Positions 57,439 through 64,000 of a DNA stretch of 64,000 bases are shown piece by piece. Location of the stretch: sequence record MF498773.1; one strand, given 5' to 3'. Within the stretch, counting starts at the first letter, position 1. Every line of letters starts with the position of its first letter. The notes under the pieces are model-generated. The model saw only the letters and a program-made list of their open reading frames with translations, did not search any database and was not told the DNA's origin. The position numbers were made by a program, and so were the translations under genes.

Positions 57439-58206
57439 TTATTTTAAGTCACTTACCTTTAGAATCCGACCATTTCTGGATTCTTGAAGTTCAACTTCTC
57501 CATATTCATCAAACGCTTTAACTATGGTTTCTATTTCGTCTTTATATTTCAGAGAACTATAGTCTGTAAACCAAGATGGATTTTTCTTTATTTCGTCAAT
57601 AACCCAGTACCCAATCCAAGTAAAGCTAGTTCCTCTATACTCAAGAGGGATAACTTTCCATAAAGACTCAAGAACCTTCGTAATAACGGTTAGGTCAACC
57701 ATTCTAGTCGAAATCATTTGCCCAGAAGTAGTTTTATCCATAAGAGTCGTTTCGACCAGATAATTACCAGAGTCCGCAACAACGACGTTGCTTTTTGTTA
57801 ATACCGCAGAAGTTGCACCGGATACGTTAATGGGTCCTTTCTTCCATTGATATTTGATCGTAAAATCAGACTTGTTATCACCAGCAGTATCCGGGGTAAA
57901 TTTAACGACTGCTGTCATAGTAGACGAAAAACTATCACCTTCCTCAAGGGTAATGGTCTGTAGTGGTTGTGGTGTAAGGTTCAATTCAGCCATACCGATT
58001 TCAAAAACAGTGTCTGTGTCGGTAGTATCTACCGTTGCAGTTACTGTATAAGTGGCAACATCAGAAGCACCGAAAGAACTAAGAATAAGGTCTTTTTCTG
58101 TTTTACCGGAAATGACGGTAGATCCCTTTTTCCACACATAGGTTGCACCTTCTGTGGTAATTTCTGAACTCAAGGTGACAGACGAACCTTTAGAATAAAA
58201 TTTCAT
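57439..58206 (-). CDS. hoc: Hoc head outer capsid protein (Ig-like domains)
   Basis: Two Ig-like repeats (YxWKKG...I.G.T); C-terminal PL..R...F.W.GYWVIDEI...EV.LQESRNG as in T4 Hoc. Confidence 0.85.
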   Translation of the reverse strand: MKFYSKGSSVTLSSEITTEGATYVWKKGSTVISGKTEKDLILSSFGASDVATYTVTATVDTTDTDTVFEIGMAELNLTPQPLQTITLEEGDSFSSTMTAVVKFTPDTAGDNKSDFTIKYQWKKGPINVSGATSAVLTKSNVVVADSGNYLVETTLMDKTTSGQMISTRMVDLTVITKVLESLWKVIPLEYRGTSFTWIGYWVIDEIKKNPSWFTDYSSLKYKDEIETIVKAFDEYGEVELQESRNGRILKVSDLK

Positions 58207-58247
58207 TTATAATACCTCAAAACGATAAAGGGGCATTATGCCCCTTT

Positions 58248-58254
58248 TATTTAG
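58248..58254 (-). promoter_or_regulatory. Putative late promoter CTAAATA (hoc)
   Basis: Adjacent to the hairpin at 58227-58248. Confidence 0.55.
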
Positions 58255-58259
58255 TACCT

Positions 58260-59111
58260 TTATTTCTTCATTACCATAGCCCATGTTTCTGGGTTTGGAA
58301 TATAATCAGAAATCTTATTCACAATCTGTTTATCAAGTTCAGTTGCTTTCATCGGCGCTTTACCCTGTTGTTTAACTCTTATGTAGTTTGCTTCTTTAAC
58401 ATAAGAACCACCTTTGCCAGATTTAGCAATAGAAGAGTCAACACCAATTTTATTGAATGCAATATACCAATCACCGTCGGCATAACTCCGGGCACCTTCA
58501 CCCATAGCCATTAGATTTTTGAAGGTCATACTTGCACCCTCATGGGTTGCAACAAGAATTTCAACCGGTACAGTACGGGAACGTTCAGCGTTTTGTTTCA
58601 TAGCAACGTTGATATCATTCATAACCCACACGATATGAACGTTTTCCTTGTTATAACCTAGTTCACGAACCTGTTTTGCAATTTGAGCCATCTTACCCAT
58701 ATCTTTAAGGGTAACGTCAAAGATCAAATTAGGTTTACGATCCTCTGGTGCAGCCAATACACCATTAAAAACACGTTTATCCATGTTCTTGGTTGTCTTG
58801 TATACATCAGATAGAAGGCTATGCAGAGTAGAAACGTTTTCTGGCTTCTTCAAGTCAAACTTGGATATATCGTGTCCGGTTTCTGCTTTAATGCGCCCAG
58901 CGAGCTTTGTGGAAGCCATAGCAAGCTCTTTTACACGGTCTACGTCTAGGGTAATACCTTCCAGACCAACTAGTTTAGAAGTAACAAATCCCTTTCCTGA
59001 ACCGGCTCCACCAGCCAAGATCAAGACGTTGTTAAACTTAGGATATGCCTTCTTTCCGAATACCATCAATTTTTCTTCCAATTGAACGAATTCACTAAAT
59101 TTCATTTTCAT
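58260..59111 (-). CDS. P-loop kinase (zeta-toxin/AAA_33-like) with a capsid-targeting-like N-terminus
   Basis: LILAGGAGSGKG, LDVD, NLIFDVT, VHIVWV...QN.ER.RTVP; starts MKMKFSEFVQLEE. Confidence 0.7.
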   Translation of the reverse strand: MKMKFSEFVQLEEKLMVFGKKAYPKFNNVLILAGGAGSGKGFVTSKLVGLEGITLDVDRVKELAMASTKLAGRIKAETGHDISKFDLKKPENVSTLHSLLSDVYKTTKNMDKRVFNGVLAAPEDRKPNLIFDVTLKDMGKMAQIAKQVRELGYNKENVHIVWVMNDINVAMKQNAERSRTVPVEILVATHEGASMTFKNLMAMGEGARSYADGDWYIAFNKIGVDSSIAKSGKGGSYVKEANYIRVKQQGKAPMKATELDKQIVNKISDYIPNPETWAMVMKK

Positions 59112-59141
59112 TTTAATTTTCCTATAGGTTGATTACCTTGG

Positions 59142-59148
59142 TATTTAG
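59142..59148 (-). promoter_or_regulatory. Putative late promoter CTAAATA
   Basis: About 30 bp upstream of the kinase gene. Confidence 0.55.
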
Positions 59149-59438
59149 GCATCTACCCAATAAGAAAACTCTTCAATCGTCTTGAATACCATCATCCGTT
59201 TGTCTTTGAATCTAGTAACAACAATACCGGATTCCATAACACCAACAATATATTCACATACCATTTCACATGGTTCATCAAAAAAGCAAACTTTAGTGTA
59301 GAAAGTTTTGATCTTGGTATAGTTACCCATATCAACAACCTCTACCTTTTCGTAAGCTTCTTCGCAGATTTCAATAACACGTTTTACATCGTACATCTTT
59401 TTATTCCTTTTTATTCTTATAGTTTCTTCACTATACAC
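59145..59438 (-). CDS. Hypothetical protein
   Basis: ORF within the minus-strand block. Confidence 0.65.
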   Translation of the reverse strand: MYSEETIRIKRNKKMYDVKRVIEICEEAYEKVEVVDMGNYTKIKTFYTKVCFFDEPCEMVCEYIVGVMESGIVVTRFKDKRMMVFKTIEEFSYWVDA

Positions 59439-59474
59439 AAACGAAAATCCCCCGTCAATAGACAGGGGATGTTT

Positions 59475-59876
59475 TTATTTGAAACGTTTTACCTTGTAGA
59501 TCACCAACTTAATGAATTCCAACGAATCCTCAAGTGCGTTTAGGGTTCCTTTGAACTCTGGTTTTCCATCAAGTAACTCAGCCAACTCAGAGCCGTTGTC
59601 GTAAAGTCCCTGTAACACACCCAGAGCGTCATCTGACGCAACTTCAAAGTGGTTGTATACCAACTCGATGTCGTTAGCCAAGGCGCTCTCTGCAACCGAA
59701 TCTAGGTAGTCATCTGGGAATTCCTTATAGAACTCATCAAGTGCCATATGGAGCGCATAATTGTTGGTTGTAAGATGGAGATAGTGGATCTTTGCAACCG
59801 TCTTTAATCCAAGAGTCACAAATCTAGATACTCTATCTGAGATTCGTTTCATATCATATTTATAAGCTATTTTCAT
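59475..59876 (-). CDS. Ferritin/Dps-like helical protein
   Basis: HYLHLTT..YALHMALDEFY...D..AES. Confidence 0.55.
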   Translation of the reverse strand: MKIAYKYDMKRISDRVSRFVTLGLKTVAKIHYLHLTTNNYALHMALDEFYKEFPDDYLDSVAESALANDIELVYNHFEVASDDALGVLQGLYDNGSELAELLDGKPEFKGTLNALEDSLEFIKLVIYKVKRFK

Positions 59877-60427
59877 TGCATTCCCAATTTAACGATTAAT
59901 GATTCCATCCTGAATGCGGCATAACTAATTAGACCGTATGTGGTATTTATTTGTTTACCACCATCCAAGTGATATGAACAACTACTACGATTAGTGAATT
60001 GTCTCTGACCATTGGTACATGTGAAATAAGGTTCATCAATAATGATCATACTATATTTTTCAATCCTACTTCCATGAATAACATGATTGTATGTACCACG
60101 AGAATAAAACCTATTAACAAAGTCGCTAATTGACAACACTTGGTCTTTTAAATGTGGTGCCACCGACAATATAGATCTGATAGTAGGATGGTTGTGAACA
60201 ACATACAAAGCGTCTTTATGTTCTTCTAACAACATAATAGCAGCAGATGTTTTTCCTGTTTGTCTTCCCATATCCAAGCATATAGTCCCCAACTCTTGTT
60301 GGAATGCATCAGGAGAATTCATCAATCGACTCCTGTCTAGATATTCGGAACTTTTAAATAATTTTAATTTTTTGTTTACCATACTAACATATTCGTCTCT
60401 AAAGAAACTGTTTGGCGATATCATCAT
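59873..60427 (-). CDS. Small P-loop NTPase
   Basis: Walker A GRQTGKT and Walker B IIIDE. Confidence 0.65.
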   Translation of the reverse strand: MMISPNSFFRDEYVSMVNKKLKLFKSSEYLDRSRLMNSPDAFQQELGTICLDMGRQTGKTSAAIMLLEEHKDALYVVHNHPTIRSILSVAPHLKDQVLSISDFVNRFYSRGTYNHVIHGSRIEKYSMIIIDEPYFTCTNGQRQFTNRSSCSYHLDGGKQINTTYGLISYAAFRMESLIVKLGMQ

Positions 60428-60455
60428 ATCTGTTTTACCTTCTTATTAGTTTATT

Positions 60456-60665
60456 TTAATAAGCCATCGCGAACATACGACGCTGTTTTGCTCGAAGGTC
60501 TTCACCTTCTTTCTCTTTCAACAGTTCATCCGGCTTTGCATCCAGACTAACCTGTTTGGCTTCTACGTTTTCCCACAGTTTGGAGTTATACCATTTTTCA
60601 TTACCACCATTGGCACCACCACGACCCTCACGGGCATGACTTTTCTCATGAATATTCTTAGCCAT
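60456..60665 (-). CDS. Small hypothetical protein
   Basis: GGAG RBS; CTAAATA at 60695-60701 upstream. Confidence 0.7.
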   Translation of the reverse strand: MAKNIHEKSHAREGRGGANGGNEKWYNSKLWENVEAKQVSLDAKPDELLKEKEGEDLRAKQRRMFAMAY

Positions 60666-60704
60666 TTAAAACTCTCCTATAGTTGATATGAACATATTTA
60701 GGGA

Positions 60705-60890
60705 TTAAAGACTACGAATAATCGACATAGCAATCAAAACGGGCCAAATTGCTGATACAGAAAGATAATCCATAACTTCTTTAAAAGTAGGGGTCCTATC
60801 CTCTTCTCGGTCTTGATGATCGGTAATCCCAAATGCGGTAATGAATACCAGAACACCAATCAAATACACAATAAAAATTCCAGTCAACAT
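60705..60890 (-). CDS. Small membrane protein
   Basis: Two hydrophobic segments; GGAG RBS. Confidence 0.7.
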   Translation of the reverse strand: MLTGIFIVYLIGVLVFITAFGITDHQDREEDRTPTFKEVMDYLSVSAIWPVLIAMSIIRSL

Positions 60891-60917
60891 ATCAAATTCT
60901 CCGTTAATAAAAAGAAA

Positions 60918-61143
60918 AACGGGGACTATATCAAGCCAGTCAAAGCAAGATAAAGTCCCCGTTGCCGAACGTTGTCTTTGGTGTCAGACAACAACCTTGT
61001 GATAGTGGTAGGTCACACCACCCTCTTTAAAACGGGGACCATAATCGAGGCAATATGGTCTCTTTTCGTCTAGTGACAATACAGGGTATCACCTTTACCC
61101 TTGACTCGTATTGTTTGACGCCGCTGCGCCACTCTTGGGGCGC
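60918..61143 (-). ncRNA. Candidate structured ncRNA or leader
   Basis: About six hairpins in an intergenic segment, e.g. aacggggact/agtccccgtt, gttgtct/agacaac, gaccata/tatggtc, agggta/taccct. Strand inferred from context. Confidence 0.55.
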
Positions 61144-61158
61144 GTACACTTTAAAATC

Positions 61159-61410
61159 TTAACTATATTGATAACCGGCGTTAGCCTTTTTCATTTCGTA
61201 ATCATCATCAACAAAAACATCGTGATTACCATGCATTATATCATGTTTCAATTTACGATCTCGCTGACGACTCAATGTATTATAACGATCTTTGACACCA
61301 GATTCTGGGTAACTAGGATATTTATCTCCCAGATCCCGATTCACTTTAAGTTCATCACCATACCAACTGTCCAGATGTTTTTCATTTTTACGACGAAATG
61401 TCTTACCCAT
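61159..61410 (-). CDS. Small basic hypothetical protein
   Basis: MGKTFRRK...; AAGGA RBS. Confidence 0.7.
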   Translation of the reverse strand: MGKTFRRKNEKHLDSWYGDELKVNRDLGDKYPSYPESGVKDRYNTLSRQRDRKLKHDIMHGNHDVFVDDDYEMKKANAGYQYS

Positions 61411-61420
61411 ATATCATTCC

Positions 61421-61765
61421 TTACAGGCTTTCTATGTATTTAATCACACGGTTTAGTATTTCATTTGAATCATTTATCTCAATATCATCAAATGCATACT
61501 TTATCTTTTTTATTACAGTTTCTTTCTTCCATCCGATCTTGAAAGCATCATTAACGAAAGAAACCCAATCAATAATATAACCGGAATTATAAAATTTCTC
61601 TATCAGAATATCCAACGGAATACCATTTGTTTCAAACTGATAAAATATATTACATAAAACCGGAATACCACTATTGGTATAACCATTTACAAAAACACTA
61701 TTTTTACCTTTACGTCCTAACGGCTTGCGTTTAGCGGTGACATATACAACCTCTCTTTTTAAGTT
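61421..61765 (-). pseudogene. AlaRS-like helical-motif protein with an out-of-frame start
   Basis: The frame is open from 61765 to 61421 (IFYQFETNGIPLDIL...IIDWVSF), but the SD-led ATG at 61743 is in another frame. Confidence 0.5.
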
Positions 61766-61836
61766 TTAGCTTCATGTGCGGCTGCAAAGCAGGTCGAACC
61801 ACCAAGGCACATACTTGTTAATGTGGTTCCGTAAAT

Positions 61837-61890
61837 TGGCAGGGCGTTGAGGATTTGGAATCCGGCATAATACCACTATACTAACACCCT
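61837..61890 (-). pseudogene. tRNA-Trp(CCA) pseudogene lacking the variable loop and T arm
   Basis: AGGGTGT/ACGCCCT acceptor stem, G discriminator and CCA; GGA-TTCCAAA-TCC anticodon arm; only 54 nt. Confidence 0.75.
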
Positions 61891-61900
61891 AGAATCGATC

Positions 61901-62280
61901 TGGTCGCACCATCACCAGACTTAATAGCATTGGCTACCCGAGCCCACACATGTAAACCTCAAACACCCCAATGGGTTAAGCCTACAAGAAGGTCTTGCTC
62001 GTTACTTTTACGCTTAGGCCCTTACGGGAATCTAAGCCTTTAGATTTAACGTCATAACGGACGCGCTTATGTGATGGCTTGAATCAGTGGTCATTCACAA
62101 GCAGACTCCCTATGTAACCTTTTACCCGTCACGGACTAGAACCTTATTACAGGGAAGGAACCTACATCACCATTTGAATAATGGGAGAGGTCGGGGTTCG
62201 GTTTTTATTTTCTAGCTTTCACTAGATTTTTACAAATACCGGTGGGCTACTTAAAGCGTCGATTCTCATAGACCGGACTA
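61901..62280 (-). ncRNA. Candidate large structured RNA (~300-380 nt) ending in CCA
   Basis: Multiple stems, a ccc-GTAA-ggg tetraloop, and 3' ...GCGACCA. Confidence 0.55.
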
Positions 62281-62299
62281 TTGACAAGAATCCAAAATT

Positions 62300-62375
62300 T
62301 GGTGCCGAATGTCCGACTCGAACGGACCACCCCAGCGTTACAAAGGCTGTGCTCTACCAGATGAGCTAATTCGGC
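62300..62375 (-). tRNA. tRNA-Thr(TGT)
   Basis: Cloverleaf GCCGAAT...TT TGT AA...GTTCGAG...ACCA; C-C mismatch at the base of the anticodon stem. Confidence 0.9.
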
Positions 62376-62654
62376 TGACGGAATATAATCAGGATCGTTA
62401 GACTGTGATTATATCCTAATGTGGTTGACATGCTATCATATCGAGGAAGGACGTTCAACCGATTTTGTCCATCTGTTCGTTGTTTGGTAAAGGACAGTTA
62501 CCTCAAGTTCAACCCTGCTTGTCAAGGGGTAGTTACCATATCGTCTTTGTACTACCAATCCCGCCTGAAACCTAAAGGCACGTTTCAGGATATCCAGATT
62601 CTCTATGGCTGGCTTATTCCGGGGCATACGTCGTTACCCGTTCTTTGTGCTAAG
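62376..62654 (-). ncRNA. Candidate structured RNA (~280 nt) between tRNA-Pro and tRNA-Thr
   Basis: Stems cctgaaac/gtttcagg, ggtagt/actacc, tgtcc/ggaca, ggttga/tcaacc, atataatca/tgattatat. Confidence 0.55.
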
Positions 62655-62730
62655 TGGTCGGTGATACAGGACTCGAACCTGTGACCCTCTGGTCCCAAAC
62701 CAGACGCGCTACCAACTGCGCTAATCACCG
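62655..62730 (-). tRNA. tRNA-Pro(TGG)
   Basis: CGGTGAT...TCTGG-TTTGGGA-CCAGA...GGTTCGAG...ACCA. Confidence 0.95.
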
Positions 62731-62884
62731 AAAAGTTCCAAATCAACTGTATTTTACATACCAGATGACCACATCCCTATAATGGTTGATTTGGATTACC
62801 CCGTGCTTATCCGTAACGATTTAAAACCGCAAGGGGGCATCGTCTCCGAGGATTTTATCAGAACGTCTTCTAACTTCTTCTATT
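62731..62884 (-). ncRNA. Candidate structured RNA (~150 nt)
   Basis: ccaaatcaac/gttgatttgg 10-bp stem; acgat/atcgt stem. Confidence 0.4.
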
Positions 62885-62975
62885 TGGTGGATGTTGTTGG
62901 ATTCGAACCAACTTGTTTACCCAGAGGGAACGGATTTACAGTCCGCCGCTACACCGCCATCGTAGCCGAACATCC
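62885..62975 (-). tRNA. tRNA-Tyr(GTA)
   Basis: GCGGA-CTGTAAA-TCCGT, long variable arm, GGTTCGAATCC, ACCA. Confidence 0.95.
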
Positions 62976-62981
62976 AGAATT

Positions 62982-63058
62982 TGGCTGGCGAGGTGGGATT
63001 CGAACCCACGACATACGGATTAACAGTCCGCCACTCTAACCTACTGAGTTACACGCCA
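62982..63058 (-). tRNA. tRNA-Asn(GTT)
   Basis: GCGGA-CTGTTAA-TCCGT, GGTTCGAATCC, GCCA. Confidence 0.95.
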
Positions 63059-63059
63059 T

Positions 63060-63137
63060 TGGAAGCGGGGGGTGGATTTGAACCACCGATTTCCAGATAA
63101 TGAGTCTGGTGAGAACTCCTGACTTCTCCACCCCGCT
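63060..63137 (-). tRNA. tRNA with CAT anticodon, fMet-like but atypical
   Basis: AGCGGGG acceptor, CCAGA-CTCATTA-TCTGG, GGTTCAAATCC, TCCA. Confidence 0.85.
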
Positions 63138-63142
63138 ATGAA

Positions 63143-63149
63143 TATTTAG
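63143..63149 (-). promoter_or_regulatory. Putative late promoter CTAAATA inside the tRNA cluster
   Basis: Immediately upstream of the CAT tRNA at 63137. Confidence 0.5.
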
Positions 63150-63302
63150 GGTGGTCTTTCACCCTTCATGAATCTTGGTCATTATAACCCGGCTACATAC
63201 GCGCATCAACATCCCTTTTGATATTTTTAGAAGCGATGGGACTCTGTATCGCTTCATTATTATCGTAAGGTCAACGACCATTAAATTAGTGAGAGCTTAC
63301 GA

Positions 63303-63497
63303 CTATAGAATATATGCATTAACTATGGATTTTTCAATCTGTCTTACTGACGTAAGTTTATTCTTACCTTTAAACTTAAAGGCAGGTTCTCCATTTGGAG
63401 CAAACCCAAAGACTACTAAACTATGGCGTCCATTCTTCCAGTGGATTATACCATCACCAACTGACCAATTTTCAATTATGGATTTTATACCAGACAT
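63303..63497 (-). CDS. Small hypothetical protein within the tRNA cluster
   Basis: GAGAG RBS; AT-rich spacer with protein-like composition. Confidence 0.6.
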   Translation of the reverse strand: MSGIKSIIENWSVGDGIIHWKNGRHSLVVFGFAPNGEPAFKFKGKNKLTSVRQIEKSIVNAYIL

Positions 63498-63519
63498 AAT
63501 ATAGCTCTCATCAAAAATT

Positions 63520-63596
63520 TGGTGGCCCCTACTGGACTCGAACCAGTGACCAACCGATTATGAGTCGGCTGCTCTAACCTACTGAGCTAAGGGGCC
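63520..63596 (-). tRNA. tRNA-Ile2(CAT, lysidine type)
   Basis: GGCCCCTTAGCTCAG...CGACTCATAATCG...AGGGGCCACCA, the ileX-type body. Confidence 0.9.
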
Positions 63597-63600
63597 AAAT

Positions 63601-63668
63601 GATATGTTCTTTAGTCGAGCCGACTTATCCGTATTCTTTCAACGGTGAGCTGATAGCTGTAACACATC
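63601..63668 (-). ncRNA. tRNA-like cloverleaf with no canonical loops
   Basis: GATGTGTT/AACATATC closing stem with three hairpins: AGCT/AGCT, CCGT/ACGG, AGTCG/CGACT. Confidence 0.5.
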
Positions 63669-63680
63669 AATTTTAAATCT

Positions 63681-63756
63681 TGGAGCGGGTAGCCGGTAAC
63701 GATCCGGTCTACTCAAACTTGGAAGGCTTGCATGTATCCATAAACACCTTACCCGC
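63681..63756 (-). tRNA. tRNA-Gly(TCC)
   Basis: GCGGGTA...CAAGC-CTTCCAA-GTTTG...TCCA; atypical T loop (ATCGTTA). Confidence 0.9.
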
Positions 63757-63757
63757 T

Positions 63758-63841
63758 TGGTCGGGATGGACGGACTCGAACCGTCACGCCTATGGCGCTA
63801 GAACCTAAATCTAGTGTGTCTGCCAATTTCACCACATCCCG
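63758..63841 (-). tRNA. tRNA-Leu(TAG)
   Basis: CTAGA-TTTAGGT-TCTAG, variable arm, GGTTCGAGTCC, ACCA. Confidence 0.95.
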
Positions 63842-63918
63842 TGGTGCGCCGTACTGGATTCGAACCAGTGACCCACGCTTTAGAAGAACGTTGCTCTATC
63901 CAACTGAGCTAACAGCGC
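63842..63918 (-). tRNA. tRNA-Arg(TCT)
   Basis: argU-like GCGCTGTTAGCTCAGTTGGATAGAGCAACG..CTTCTAA...ACCA. Confidence 0.95.
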
Positions 63919-64000
63919 AATTTATATAAACATCATATCACAGTTAGAAAGGATGTTTAACTTTTATTTGAAGTATTTTTCGAAGTAAGCGACTGGATGT

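Noticed and set aside
59873-60427. Terminase large subunit
   Set aside because: The GRQxGKT motif is similar, but the protein is only 184 aa with no nuclease domain.
61901-62280. tmRNA or RNase P RNA identity for the CCA-ended element
   Set aside because: The size fits, but there is no GGGG 5' end, T loop or tag frame, and no GAGGAAAGTCC-type RNase P core.
60918-62654. Group I intron or hammerhead ribozyme
   Set aside because: No interrupted gene, no recognisable P7 core, and no CTGANGA paired with GAAA.
62421-63504. Track ORFs 62421-62684, 62436-62627, 62782-63039 and 63175-63504
   Set aside because: They overlap tRNAs, structured spacers or the 63303-63497 gene, and have no RBS or protein-like signal.
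1-64000. Prophage, integrase or IS elements
   Set aside because: No integrase, transposase, att-like flanks or host genes; the whole window looks like lytic phage DNA.

Overview
This window is 64 kb of a large lytic T4-superfamily (Straboviridae-like) phage genome; a gammaproteobacterial, possibly Aeromonas-like, host is my inference only. Bases 148-56340 are almost entirely + strand. That block holds over 150 small early ORFs, including expanded paralog families and promoter/stem-loop cassettes, then a T4-syntenic ndd - gene 52 - asiA segment with no recognisable motA. It continues with a candidate ADP-ribosyltransferase, Mom-like and macrodomain genes, and a late spanin / gp36-like tail fibre / lysozyme cassette. 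From 56373 the genes are on the - strand: tk, a ParB-like protein, hoc, a P-loop kinase with a capsid-targeting-like N-terminus, ferritin-like and AlaRS-like ORFs. The window ends in a cluster of 9 tRNAs plus one deleted tRNA-Trp, with several hairpin-rich non-coding spacers. The strongest leads are: (i) the structured ncRNAs in the tRNA array; (ii) a gene family of at least 11 members apparently shuffled with promoter-hairpin cassettes; (iii) a repeated origin-like hairpin element whose GC module is inverted between its two copies; (iv) an apparently inactive family-B polymerase derivative. All protein calls come from motif recognition by eye; no database searches were run.
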